Assembly (NCBI RefSeq): GCF_002571385.2 | Contig: NW_019218117.1 | Coordinates: forward strand, 234,568 to 298,567 | Origin: Stylophora pistillata | Lineage: Eukaryota | Reading direction: 5' to 3' | Length of the DNA stretch: 64,000 nt | Part shown: piece after piece, positions 22,539 to 35,192 of the stretch | Position numbering within the stretch: the stretch's first letter is position 1 | Layout of the letters: each line of letters begins with the position of its first letter | The notes under the pieces: model-generated | Seen by the model: the letters and a program-made list of their open reading frames with translations, nothing else | Database searches by the model: none | What the model was told of the DNA's origin: nothing | Program-made: the position numbers and the translations under genes

Positions 22539-25500
22539 ATGGCTGACAGGGTCTTGTCGGTGAGTCGGAGTTTTCTCTCCAAAAATGAAAAAGACTCCAT
22601 CACAGACTCCTGCTCCGTGTATACGAGGAGATGGTACATCTTAATCGTATTCTCTTTGATCGCTGGAGTACAAGCGGCGGCTTGGAACACGTGGGGTCCT
22701 ATAGCAGGATCTGCCGAAGATGTTTTTGGCTGGAGCGATGGAACGATCGCGTTGCTTGAGAACTGGGGGCCGATCGCTTATATTGTGTCTTTCGTGCTCT
22801 TTTCTTGGCTTTTGGATGTTAAAGGTGTGTGGAGTTATTCTCTTTCTTGTCATTAAATCATGCCTCGATGATTGCACAAAACATGCTCTTGCACGCATCA
22901 CAGTGACTTCAATTAAAAGGGCCCACCTACGGTTCGTACAGATTTGTTTGTTTCACGAAGAGTGATTTAGGAATATTCCTTGACGAGCGATCAGATTGTC
23001 TCATTCTTTCTTATCTGCTGTGTATTATTTACACATTTTTTGTAGCTTTTGTCGTGATAATTTTGCCTGTACATGTACAGTTTTTACAGTTATCCATTGC
23101 GTCCGGGAAGAAGTTTGTAAAACAATACGGAAGGTTGATACGGCGTTTTGGTTGGAATCCGGCAGAGACATGCCGTAATATTGGCCGAGAGAGGAAATTG
23201 AAAGCAGAATTTAAGGTCATTGACGAAATTCTGTTAAATTTAATCCTCTCTATGACGCAAGTTTGTAATTGTGTAGATAATGTGGTGAAAAACAGCAAAA
23301 CAAATGCTGNNNNNNNNNNNNNNNNNNNNNNNNNNNNNNNNNNNNNNNNNNNNNNNNNNNNNNNNNNNNNNNNNNNNNNNNNNNNNNNNNNNNNNNNNNN
23401 NNNNNNNNNNNNNNNNNNNNNNNNNNNNNNNNNNNNNNNNNNNNNNNNNNNNNNNNNNNNNNNNNNNNNNNNNNNNNNNNNNNNNNNGGGGGGGAGGGGT
23501 CTCTGGTCCCTTTCCCTGTGGCATTTTCAGATGTTGGGTTATTGTTTGATGATGGAAAATTTCTGAATGAGGTTGTTGTTCTTTTGTTATAGGTTTAAGG
23601 ATCTCAGTTCTTGTAACAGTTGCACTGATGTTTGTAGGCACGGGCATTAGGTGTATTACATCAAAACCCAAACCAGCAACATGGTATGTTCAATGTTTTT
23701 GTTTAAAATAATCTGCTGATCTTAGCAAAAGCTTGGAAATTTTTTCTTTATTTTTACATAGTTTGTTATATCTGTAAAGCAATTAATTTATCAATTTACA
23801 TTTTGTCAGGCTAATACACACTGGGCAATTTCTAAACGACCTTGCTGCACCAGTTGCGATGGGTGCACCCCCCCTGGTGTCCTCTACATGGTTCCCCCCT
23901 AATCAGAGAGCAACAGCCACAGCAATCTCATCGTTAATGAGTTATGTTGGAATATCAATATCATTTGGAGTGGGGCCTTTTGTTCTCAACCCCACAGAAG
24001 TTGCAGATCCTCCCTCGCCTAGTGCAGACATTCAGAATAGCTCTGTTAAAAGCAGTGTTTATTTTGAAAGTAACAGCACAAACAGTTGAGTTCTCATCAT
24101 CATCTTACTTTTAATTCATATTAATTATTAGTAATAGACATCTATCTGAATGAATTTGAATATAATAGACATCTATCTCAATGAATTTGAGTAGATGAAA
24201 ATCACATAATGTGTACTGTGGTTTCATGAAATGTATGAAAGTCATCTTTGTAGTAATAAACCGTACCTTATGTAGTAGTCGAAATAAGGCCTGAAAAAAA
24301 ATTCAGGTGCAGATTTGAATCCATGACCTCTGTGATACCAGTGCAGTGCTCTACTAACTGATCATGAGCTAACAAGCCAACTGGGAGCTGGTCACTGTGT
24401 TGGTTCATATTAAACCCCGTTGAAGTGATAAATTGATGAATTTGAATACATGAAAATCATATATGTGTACTGCAGTTTCATGAAATGTATAAAAGCAATC
24501 TTAGCAGTACTAAACCCTACCTACCTATGTAATAGTGGAAATAAGGCCTGAAAAAAAAAATCTATCTGTTTATGACAATGGACTACAATATTTTAAGGGT
24601 GATGATAATGAAGGACTAAGGTAGACAATGATGCTATGTAAAGGAAATTGTTTGAATGTCAGTGCCTTTCTTATGTAAGCAAGTGATGTTTGAAAGTTTC
24701 ATTTATTGCACAAGTCATAGCATTGTTTACTGACTTTTAGAAGCTTTTATTTTGACCAAGTATAGAAGAGAAATCCCATAGTATTCTTTGTACTAGTTTA
24801 TTTATGCATAATAATAATGCTAATAAGAATGATAATACTAATTATAGTAATTAGTATAATTTCAGAGCTGAGCAAAGAGTTTCCACCAATCTGATTGGTC
24901 AAGTGGTTCCTTTTATGATGCTATATAAACGGCTCCTCATGGTTTATATAAAATGTTAAAATAATAATGTTAATAAATGTTACTAAAATGTTATGATTTT
25001 AGAAATTTCTCTGTTGTTCAGCTCTGAAATTATACTAAAACAATTATTGGCCTCAGGTTCGGTGAATATTGTCGAATAATACCGTCCCTCGATTTCGTCT
25101 GGTGGATTATTAGACGATATTCAGCTCACCATCGGCAAATAATTGTTAATGATAATAATAATTATAGTAATAATAATGTTAATACAACATTCCACAAGGT
25201 GGCTCTTCCTGTCGTCTGTATGCTGGTTGCATTGAAATTTGGAACACTAGTATTTGCAGAGGGAGAAAGACTAGAGGACCCGGAGAGAAACCCATGGAAC
25301 AAGGATAACAACCAATAACAAATCCATTCCACACAGGATGCCAGTCCTGGAAATTGAACCAAGGAAAGGAATTTGCTTGCACCTCTGCCACATACCCCCT
25401 ATCCTAGTGCATTCATAATTGATCAATCAGGCAGAAGATTATTTCATTGAATGTATAATAACTAACATAATTTATTAGATATTAGACTTTTGTAAGGTGT

Positions 25501-28500
25501 ATAATTTTGTTGTTCACTCATCACACAGAGATGTCCTGGGATGAGGCTGTGTCCACTGCAAGGTGGCATATCATGCTCTATATGTATATTGGTGAGTGAA
25601 CAAAGAAATATTTTTTGAGTAGTACAGTACCATGTATTGTATAACCCTTTGAAATATCAGCTTTTCAAAATTCACTTTGGTGCTTTATCTATCCATATCA
25701 ACCTCTAGTTAGGGTGATAAATAATTAATTGTGGTAACTATGACCTTTTCTGACATTCTTTTTTTTTGTCCTGAGCAATAGTAAAAATCAAACCATCTGC
25801 CGTGATACAAAGTGACTGGGATGGGAAAATTGACTAATGTTCCTCTGGATGCTTATACTTGTCCATATCAAGTTCATAATTTGAGGGGGGGGGGAGAATT
25901 CTCCTACACCTCTCAGACTAAACTCATAGGTTGGAGTAGAAATGGCATAATATCAACAAAATACAAGTGGATTAGCCTCCCACCCCTAACGAGCAGGCCA
26001 GAACTTCCAGTCAGTTCATGGAATAGAAAATACCTAACTCTCTCTTCTGAATCCCACAGAGTTTGGATTGGTGGCCATCCTGTTTCTGTGTGTCTTGGTA
26101 TACTTTCCAGCAAAGCCTCCCAGGCCACCCAGTTTTTCTGCTTCCAAGAAAAAAGTAGACTATGTGGAAGGTGGAAAAAGGCTTATGAAGTGAGTCCAAC
26201 TTTTTTAGATACTCCTCAGTCATTAGGCTCGATTACCAGCCACTGTTCGGGAACCAGAGCCTATACTACTCCCAAAAGCATCCCTTCTCGGGGAGGAACA
26301 AAAAGGACCAGACCCGAGAGAGCGGCCAAAATCAAGGCTACTCAGTCATTTGATACCGATTTTGTTGTTGTCACTTAAAAATACCTTTTAACTTAATAGT
26401 AGACACTGAATTGACCAATTAGAGCTTGCACCTTATGGGATTGTTACAAGAACATTATTATTATGATAATAAATCAAATTGAGTAATCAAAAAGAGTTAG
26501 AGAACTGTTAGAAGATGTGCAAACATTCATTTATGCTGATCCTAATACTAGTGTTGCTATTTTTGTAGAAATTGTCAATTCTGGAATTTGAACATTCTTT
26601 ATGGAGCAACGACAGGTATATTTGTAAAAGACAAAATTCAAATGGTCCCTCGCCTCATACCCTCATTCATGGTTGATAGAAGGTCTTGTATTTCAAATGA
26701 CAAGGTTTTGTTTCAGTTAGTTTTCAACAAGATGATCCAAAGGATCAAGTTTCACAGCAGTAAAGTTTTTCCTTAAACACAGTGTTGTGTCATATTTTTC
26801 CTGCAAAATTTACCTTAGAAAATAACATTTGCCATCATTAGTTCTGTTGGTTTTGTCCTCTTGACAGATTAAATCAGAAAAGAGGGGCTGCAATGAACAT
26901 TTTTTGGCCCACAAGTGTATTTTGAATCTTTGGCTAAAAAATTGTAAGTCCTGTTTGTCAGTGAATTCAGAATGTTGTGGATGATTCCCTTGAGTCAAAT
27001 TGTGAGTCAAATTTAGGCTAATTGCCACTAATGCAGGTTCTATAAGAAAAAGACTCAAAATATGACCGGCAAGTTTTCTGAAATTCTTTATTATGATATT
27101 TTTCCTTTAGGTGTTTTCAGTGGATGGGGAGGAGTTTTGGCTGTGAATCTATTGTCGTTCAACTTAAAACAAGTAAATGTAGTGCTACTCATGAACAAAC
27201 TTTACCTTTTGTAAGCTTAGCCTACCCCAGTGGCTGCTTATCCTCAATTTCTGGCCAAAAGTTGCAAACTTGTCATCTTTATCAGTCTGCATGATCACCA
27301 AATAAATACAGCTGTTTAAAGAGAGGTTGCAGGGAAAAAAAAAGTGTCAGTGCACATGCGACAGTTCCACATAGTATTGTGGTGGTACTCAGAAGTATGA
27401 AATATGAAAAATGTAACTTTAAGAACAAGACATCATGGGTTTCATCAATCAATTTTATTATCACTTATTTGACTTCTTAAATTCCACTGATCACAGGATA
27501 TCCAGATTACCTTTTGACATTGTCATGTGCACTTTTGTCCTTTTTTCTTACAACCTTTTTAAAATGGCTGTATACCCCTCTTCCACTTTTGTTTAAAAGC
27601 TTCCTCAAAAAATTCTTTTGCCATGGAAATTCAAAAATGACTCTTGTTGTTCAATGTTAGCTCGTTATTTCTCTAATAATTTTGAGATGTGCTGAAATGA
27701 AAGATTTTTGTATATCCTCTTTTGAGTATGCTCGTTGTTTCTTCCATATAGAAGGCACAATCATCAAATCATTGCATAATGTATAATTGAACTCTTGAAC
27801 AAGTGAAAACACTTAATACTTGATTTATTTTTTAAGGATACTGCTGGCTGGATTGGTTTCTATGCCAACATTGCAGGTTGTATCTTTGGATTCATCATGG
27901 CAAGGTATGTCAGGGGAAGGGGTTGGTTTGTTAATATGGATTGCACAAGACACGGAATTACATGGCAGTGAGGGACTGAGTTGCTTGAAATTTGTATTTT
28001 TGATGGGAAGGGGGGGGAGGGTGTGGCTCAGGTGAGAGAGATACAGGAAAGGGTTTGAAGATAGTATACCCCCCTCTGTTTCTGCAAAAGTATTCTGCAA
28101 TCAGGGTTTGTCTATTCTTTATTCGTTTTCTACCATGACAAAAGATGGAGAAAAATAACAACCAAAAAGAAAATGAATGCTCTCCTTCCTAATCAGTATC
28201 TATAACCGTAACCCCTCCCCCTCCCAAAAAAAATTCTTATGCGGGTACATTAATAACGAGTTAAATCGAAATGTTCTCAAAGCTTTCCATGAAATTTACC
28301 AGAAATGCACTTGATAGACTTTTGCAAGCCTGCAGAACAGGCGTAGACTTAAAAGCGTTTTTCAGTCGAATGGAGAAAAGAGCAAGGCGGCGTGAAGTGG
28401 GAGTCACGCATGAGGGGAGATGCGCAAAAAAATAATTTTTTCGGGTTCCTACCCTCGCGCGTGACTCGCGCTTCGCGTTCGCCCAGCGCTTGTCTCAGTT

Positions 28501-31085
28501 CAGCTGAAAAACGCAAAAAAAATTACGCCTGTTCTGTAAGCTTGCAGTTTGCGGCAAAACCATTTGAATAATGCTCTGCAGGGTGTCAAAGTCTTCCCTT
28601 TCTTTCCTACTCTCTTCTGTTCTCTGTCAGAAGCAACAATGCAGAAAATAACAAAAAAAAAAAACCCCTTGATACTGCTGACAGTCTGTCATTAGATGAA
28701 AGAAGAAATGTTACTTCAAAAACATATTATTCGCGGAACATTTTTTATCGATGATTTAAACGTGTGTATAAATGTCCTTTTTCCAGGTTTGCTGATGTGT
28801 TTACCGGGCACATGAAGTCATTCCTTATTTTCTTGTTCCTGGGTTCTACTGGCTCTTTCTTGTGGTTTTCTCTTCTCTGTCAAGGATTTATTCCATTTTC
28901 AAGAGGTGTGTAAAATTAATTACTTACGTCGTGTACGTGGATTGCGCGTGGGCGTGAGTTGTGGTTGTTAATACTGTAGACAGTCTTAGGAGCCGACCAT
29001 TTAACTTTTGAGAGGGTGGGGAGGGTGATTTCTGGTCATAAAGAAATTTTTTTTCTAGCAATCTGCTGTGCAGGATATTTTTTTTCCGATTTTTTGGTAC
29101 ATTTTTTCTGTTACATTTGGGCTGCATGCAATTTTTTTCTTCCAACAAGCGCTTGTAGGAAATTTTTTTTCAAAATCACCCACCCCCCTCAAAAGTTAAA
29201 TGGTCGGCCCCTTAGATCCACGTTTGTTTCTGAATACGAGTTACCGCAAACCGCTAGGAGTCACGTGACCAGATTCAGCCGTCACGTTCGCTGTTTGTGG
29301 TTCATGTTAGAACTTCGGGCGAGGCAGTTTCAGGTAGGTCAACTCCCTCGACACTTTTCTTCTTTCTGTTCGAAAGTTCTCTAGTATGTCTTGTAAACAT
29401 ATGAGAAGTGAAGTATTTTCTGTGTAAAAGGTCCGCTTGGGACGTTAAAAAAACCAAACTTTTAGTCTTATTTTGTGTTTGAAATGAAGAACCTCCATCC
29501 TTTGTGGAATTCAAGATGGCGGCGCACATGTTGAATTTTCTCAGGTGAAAGCCGACGTCGATCTAAAAGGCTGAAAATCGCGAAACTTTAACTTCTAATC
29601 TCAATTTACTTTCCGCGGTTTGACGTTTGCCGTTAACACATCAAACGTGTATCTAAAACGTGTATCTAAAACTCTCTCGTTGTCTTGGTCCGCACTAGGT
29701 TAGTAAGGTATTTATTTTATTCCTGGGTTCAAATGGAGGAGCAAGATTTTAATTTAAACAAATTTTTCAGTTTAGCAGGCCGTACAGTGAGCAATCATAC
29801 TGCACGTATTAACTGATAGATTTTATAATGCTGAAAAGTGAAAACGTATCAATAGGTAAGTGTTTCAAAGCAGGGAAACACAATAGTATGGACAGGTGAT
29901 TGCAAAACGGAAAACGCCAGTGTGGGCGAAAATATTTCCTTTCGTTTTAGTTGAGACTGAAAAGGAGTCTTTTAAGAATGGATGAGCGTAGTGAGAGCTC
30001 CAGGCAACCTCGTTCCCTTACCATGGGAACGAGGTTCAGTCCAGGGCTTCAGATTTCGCGGTCTGTTGCTGTACCAACTAATTGACGGAGAATTCGTTGG
30101 CGAGTCAGGCCATACACTAGGTTATTATGCAAGCGACACTCGTAGATGATTATAATACGATGTGTGATGTAAAATCCGATCAAACTATTTTTTTTACAAC
30201 GGAAGACTTCCTCGCAAGCCTGTTCCAGGCAACCTCGTTCCCGAGGTCTCTTAACTTCCCGCCTCCTGAAGCCCCTCTCTCCAGGGTACGGGAAGATGAG
30301 ACACTCTGGGAACGAGGTTGTGCGGAGGCGTGTCAGTAAAATGAAGCGCGATGGTATAAGGCGCGATTGTAGTGGCTGCGTGAAAAAACGAGAGAGGTTG
30401 GGGTCGTGTCACCAACCCAAACTTGCTTCCTTTTTTTCGCTCTGTTGCTACTTAATGCACTATCGCGCCGTTCGTTTGTTTCGCTCCTTTTTTAGTTACT
30501 GAACGCCTGAAATAGGCTACTTCATCACTAAAAGATTGACTCGTTTTCCCTCAGTGTGGCTGTATATCTCAGCAGTCCTTGGCGGTTGCTTCATCAATGG
30601 TTCCATCCCGCTGTTTTATGAGCTCACGATTGAAACGACGTATCCCATTGCGGAGGGAATTCCTATGGCTGTGGTGACCACTTCTAATCACGTATTCTGT
30701 CTGCTGTTTTTGGCTGCATTGATGATTCCTGGAATAGGTGAAATTACTAGTTACACCACAGTGACTTATACAACGTACATATATTTTTTAGTATGGTATG
30801 AGGACTGAATTCTTTACCTGAATCTTCCATTTAGGCACCTTGTGGATGAATTGGTGTATGGTGGGCATATGCGCTGGATGTATTCCTCTTTTACTTCTGT
30901 TTAAAGAACAGTACTCTCGTCTTGAACTGGATGCGGCAAACAGACAAGCTAAACGTACTGGAACAATACAAAACACAAAGCATGACGAGGAAACTCCTCT
31001 GATATCTTCGTTAGACGTCGGTTATGGCGGAGGGGACAAAAATGGAGTCCACAATAGGACTGGTTCGATGAATTCTGAAGTTTAA
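22539..31085 (+). CDS. SLC49A4: SLC49A4/DIRC2-like (FLVCR family) MFS transporter, 11 exons, 524 aa
   Basis: Phase-consistent exons 22539-22824, 23593-23683, 23810-24084, 25529-25591, 26060-26189, 26569-26615, 27111-27172, 27837-27904, 28787-28905, 30555-30737, 30835-31085. Motifs [78 protein letters not shown]. Confidence 0.93.
24180..24560 (-). repeat. tRNA-derived tandem repeat unit with ~100-bp direct repeats
   Basis: ~24196-24300 is repeated at ~24450-24557, around a minus-strand tRNA-like core (plus strand GATTTGAATCCATGACCTCTGTGATACCAGTGCAGTGCTCTACTAACTGA). Confidence 0.6.
24852..25148. repeat. Compound foldback (double-hairpin) element
   Basis: TAGTATAATTTCAGAGCTGA / TCAGCTCTGAAATTATACTA inverted pair, followed by an AACAATTATT...AATAATTGTT hairpin. 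Confidence 0.6.
25250..25398 (-). mobile_element. Degenerate tRNA-SINE (V-SINE-like) remnant
   Basis: GAGGACCCGGAGAGAAACCC...GGAAATTGAACC...CACCTCTGCCAC pattern. Confidence 0.45.
28327..28542. mobile_element. MITE
   Basis: AGCCTGCAGAACAGGCGTA / TACGCCTGTTCTGTAAGCT inverted termini. Confidence 0.65.
28989..29211. mobile_element. PIF/Harbinger (Tourist)-type MITE with TTA TSD
   Basis: TIR GG(A/G)GCCGACCATTTAACTTTTGAG(A/G)GGG; TTA immediately flanks both ends. Confidence 0.8.
30229..30320. repeat. Short hairpin element CAACCTCGTTCCC...GGGAACGAGGTTG; smaller copy at ~30006-30036
   Basis: Perfect 13-bp inverted termini; same motif in both copies. Confidence 0.65.
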
Positions 31086-31781
31086 AATGTCTTACTTATT
31101 GTGCTATTAGAAAGGAGCCATCATTGCGTCTTTAAAATCAAATACCTTCAAAATTTCAAAGAGTCTGTTCCTTCAGGAACAGGTAGAAATGAAAATATCT
31201 AAAAATATATAAAATATCTAAAAATCATAATAAGTGGCATAAAGATTAACGATAAATGCGGCTTGCAATCTAAGAGCTTATAAGATTTGTCTAACCCTTT
31301 TTGCGTCATTTTAAAGGAGAATGGCAAATATTTTGACTGCTGTTGTTAATCCGTAGAAATCTTTGTTTGGCGATGAATAAGGGTTACTTGGAACGATAAT
31401 GATTTATTCACCCAACATAAATCAATTTAAATATTTTATAATTTTTATTTTTACAGAAGTGTCAATCAACCAAAATTGTCAAATTTTTAACTCCGAATAT
31501 TGAATTTCTAGTGTTCTGAGTGGCACACTCAACTCTGGTTATCAGCTCATATTCCGAGTCACCTTATATAAAAATAATCGTATTAACTGTTGCAGATCAG
31601 ATAAAAAGCTCCAAATATCCAAACGTTCAGGGTTCATACAATTTGATATGACAATTATTTCATTCGCGCTTGTTGGATACGAGATTGCTTACAGCTATTT
31701 TCTACACGCCTCGCTGGCTATTTGCGAATATTAGAATTTACTTTTAGCCCCCTAGTTGGAGTGACCATCGTCTCATTTAGT

Positions 31782-32085
31782 TCTTATTAACCGAGCGGGA
31801 GGTCTGTATGGGTGAATCTTGACCGAGGTTGCCAGTACAGACCTCACTAATTTCGGTCTGTACCAGCGACCGAGGTCAAGATTCTCCCATACGGACCGAC
31901 CTTGCTCGGTTAATAAGATGTTTATTATATGGCTGTGTCTTCTATGCCAATTTTTTATATTCTTTGTGCCTTTTTTTTCTAGACCGGTCTAGATGGGTAA
32001 ATCTAGACCGCTTTCAATATTGATTTCAGCCAATCAAATTCGTGAATTCGGTAGTTCCCAGTCCTTGTGAGACACAGCCATATAA
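31782..32085. repeat. Compound foldback element
   Basis: 137-nt hairpin TCTTATTAACCGAGC...GCTCGGTTAATAAGA (31782-31918), followed by a TATATGGCTGTGTC...GACACAGCCATATA inverted pair. Confidence 0.7.
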
Positions 32086-32450
32086 TGATTCTCCTTACAA
32101 CATCACCCGGAATCAACGAGATCAAGGGAAATGATCACCACCTTAAGTAGCGCTTGATTGTTAAACAAATTCTCGTCAACAACACCATAGGAAATGCATA
32201 GAGAACAGTATGGAGAATATGAATACCGATGAAAGGGTGTAAAGGGTTTATATTCTCATGATACGAAACCATTAAGTAGTGAATGAACCAAGGAAGCCTT
32301 ATTTAAGAAATGTTTTCAAATCTAGTTTAAATTTTCAGTTTAACTGATGTGAACCTTACAGCCCCCAGTATGACGTAATTTGCTTGCTTGTCCAGAATGT
32401 ATTTTACACTTGCATATGAAATGCTTATTTGCCATTTGTGCAATGTGCAA

Positions 32451-32871
32451 CCTTAATTGAAGCTCCCCTAAAGGGGCTTTTCAGCCTCAATGTAGTAAGG
32501 TTGAGATAGGACGTTAGCATTTTATCAGGCGCCTTCGGCAGCCGCTTCAGTCCATGTAGCGATCTCACCTTCCCACCAATCCCACCCAGGGGAGGACATC
32601 CGCCACACAGTAATCTCGTGCGTGGGAAATTAACGTCTCCTACCCCAAACCCTGCAGGAGACGGGATCTACGGCTTTACGTCTTATCCGAGAAGACGAAG
32701 CAATGTGTATAAAGCGACTTGCTTAAGGTCACAACGTAGTGCCCCAGCCAGGAATTGAACCCAGGCCGTCCAGCGCTCTGACCACTGGACTACTCACGCC
32801 TCACAACGTAAGGTTGAGATCGGACGTCAGCATTTTTATCAGGCGCCTCTGGCAGCCGCTTCAGTCCATGT
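32451..32871 (-). mobile_element. Chimeric tRNA-SINE with a duplicated 3' segment upstream of its head
   Basis: Different tRNA head (GAGGCGTGAGTAGTCCAGTGG...GGTTCAATTCC) plus CORE-like TGTGACCTTAAGCAAGTC, then the same body as the 1409 SINE. 32495-32557 is repeated at 32808-32871. Confidence 0.75.
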
Positions 32872-34963
32872 GGCCATGTGCCGTTTAATCTTTCCATTCC
32901 TGGAAAGCTTGCTATAATTAAATTAAATTTTCATCCTATGGGTAAAATACTTTTTGATGGTGTACATTTCAGCCACTTAATGTTTCTAGATTTTAAACCT
33001 TATTTAATAAGATTACATATTAGTGAAGAATCTCATAAAACATTAGTTGTGTTTCAGTCTGTGCTCAAAAGATAGTAGCACAACATTTTTTTTGGCCATG
33101 AAAATAATTGCAATGTGGAATTTATATGTAACATAGATTTGAAATCTTCCCGCGGAATTATGGATAGTGAATTTTATTTTTATTCATTTATGGAGGGAGC
33201 CCCAGCCTTTCTGTATCGCTCGCGCGCTTTTCGCTCGCCTTTATTGATTGAGAACCTGAAACAGGCTGAGAGAATGGAACGTGGAACGTGCATCCGAGGC
33301 TGTCACCTGCCCTTAATTTCGTTTGGGCTGCCCATTGATGATCATCAAATGTTCGCACGTAAGCATTTCGCTCCCGCCTCCCGACTCTTGAAAGCTCCAA
33401 CCCACCTTCCCTTCCCACCCCATCTTCTCATAGGCTACCGCCTACCTGTACCTCGCCACTTTGCACCATGGGATCATGCATGGGCGGAAGTCTCAACTGT
33501 AGGAGCGACTGTTTGCCGATAGGCCATTACAGGATAAGGGCTTGTTGTTTACACTCGAGTGCTGAAAATAAGACAGCAGGAACTTGTACAACACAACCTT
33601 GCCGAAGGACCATCTCGATGTGCGAGTACCTCATGATTATGAACACTGTTTCGTGTTCGGAACGCAACGAAGGTCCACTTCATTCTTCAAGATCGAAATC
33701 CGTAGATTGGATCTCAGGAACTTGAGATTGTGAACCTTCCCCACACCCCCCTCTCCTTGTTTCGAAAATCCTTGCCACGCCCTTGTCACATACATTGTTT
33801 TCCAGAGTTTAGACCACCAATCCTGCCTTCTCGTGTAAACAACTAACTAAATTTCAAAGTGGTGGTCGTCGGCGGTTTCAGGCGTTGGTGAGTGATACCT
33901 ATTTAGGTGGATTTTTTGATTGGATAATCCACAAGAGGATAAGATTGGACGGAAATCCGAATTATTCCTTTTGAAAGGTAACCCGACCGAGATCCGGTTA
34001 CCATCCTCCAAAGGATGCCGGGTGCCACAATTAAATCTTTAAAAAAAGACTTCTCTGAAGCGTCTGCTTTTTAGAAAACTTTGGTGTACGAGTGGTCGAG
34101 TTGTTCGAAAAACCGTGACGTTTGTTAACCTTGATTTGAAAAAGTCAACGCTGCATGCATCACCTTCGGTGCGCAGACCTATCTCTGTTTGCGTGCAGAC
34201 GTCTCTTTCTGATCAGTTCCTCTACCGATTTTCCTTTCTTTTGACGTAAAGGAAACAGCAGATCGATAACTTCCTAAAGTGAATTTCTCAATAAAAAAAT
34301 TGCTACAAGCAGAGAAATAGAGAACATTAGTTCTGTAGAGCTTTCAGTTACTGAGAGCCTTTCGGAAAGCCTTTCACCAAAGCCTAAGCGGGAACTATCG
34401 GCAATAACCGTAGAGTTGAGCTGTCGCCCAAAATTAAAGTTGATTAGCATGGAAAAATACAGGATGGTGAAGCCCGTTCGCAAAGAATAAACTTGAAATA
34501 TTGGAACAATACCGAAAAGCGATTTCATGAAAAATCAACTATTATTGGAAGGTGGGACCATGAAAAAGCCTTTGTTTATGTGTTGGTAGGGTGTTGCGTT
34601 GCTGGCGGTTTTCTTACACCCTCGATGAAGTAAAAACGAAGGCGGAGCGGCGTCTGGAAAAAAAAAAAATTTTCTAACCCCAACCCTCCGGCACTTCTGC
34701 CTCTCAACGCTTCAAAGAACACACAAAGCAAAGCCGCCAGCTAAATGAGACAGGAGGTGTCTGCGAGCTGTTCCATTAAAAAAAAATGGAGATTTTTTTT
34801 AATTGGAATGATAACGCGTATAAACCGAGCTGGCTGATACAACTTAATTGACCAAGGGCACATACCTAAAACCACAGTTCACATCTCTTCCGACTAAGTG
34901 ATCTAAGATCATCTAGTAAGAATCGTCAAGAAAGTCGTAATATTATCAATCGACGACCGTTTT

Positions 34964-35018
34964 CAAGTCATTCATACATGTCAAGACGACAAGTCATTCA
35001 TACATGTCAAGACGACAA
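34964..35018. repeat. Perfect 26-bp tandem duplication
   Basis: CAAGTCATTCATACATGTCAAGACGA x2. Confidence 0.9.
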
Positions 35019-35192
35019 TAATGATCGGCTTTTGAATGCGTGACCAGCTAAATTTAGGCATTACTAATAAAATAATAAGCATTTCGCTCATACTAGTCAG
35101 AGCAGATTACCCCTCACGCTGGTCCTTCGTTAGGATTGTTTGTAGCTGTTGTTTTCTATAGCACCGGGGATTGCTTATCGTGCTCAACATAG

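Noticed and set aside
14883-23671. ORFs spanning N runs (14883-15464, 17513-17901, 23054-23671)
   Set aside because: Artefacts of translating gaps.
25812-26378. 188-aa plus-strand ORF
   Set aside because: It overlaps a real SLC49A4 exon (26060-26189) in a different frame; the remainder is intronic.
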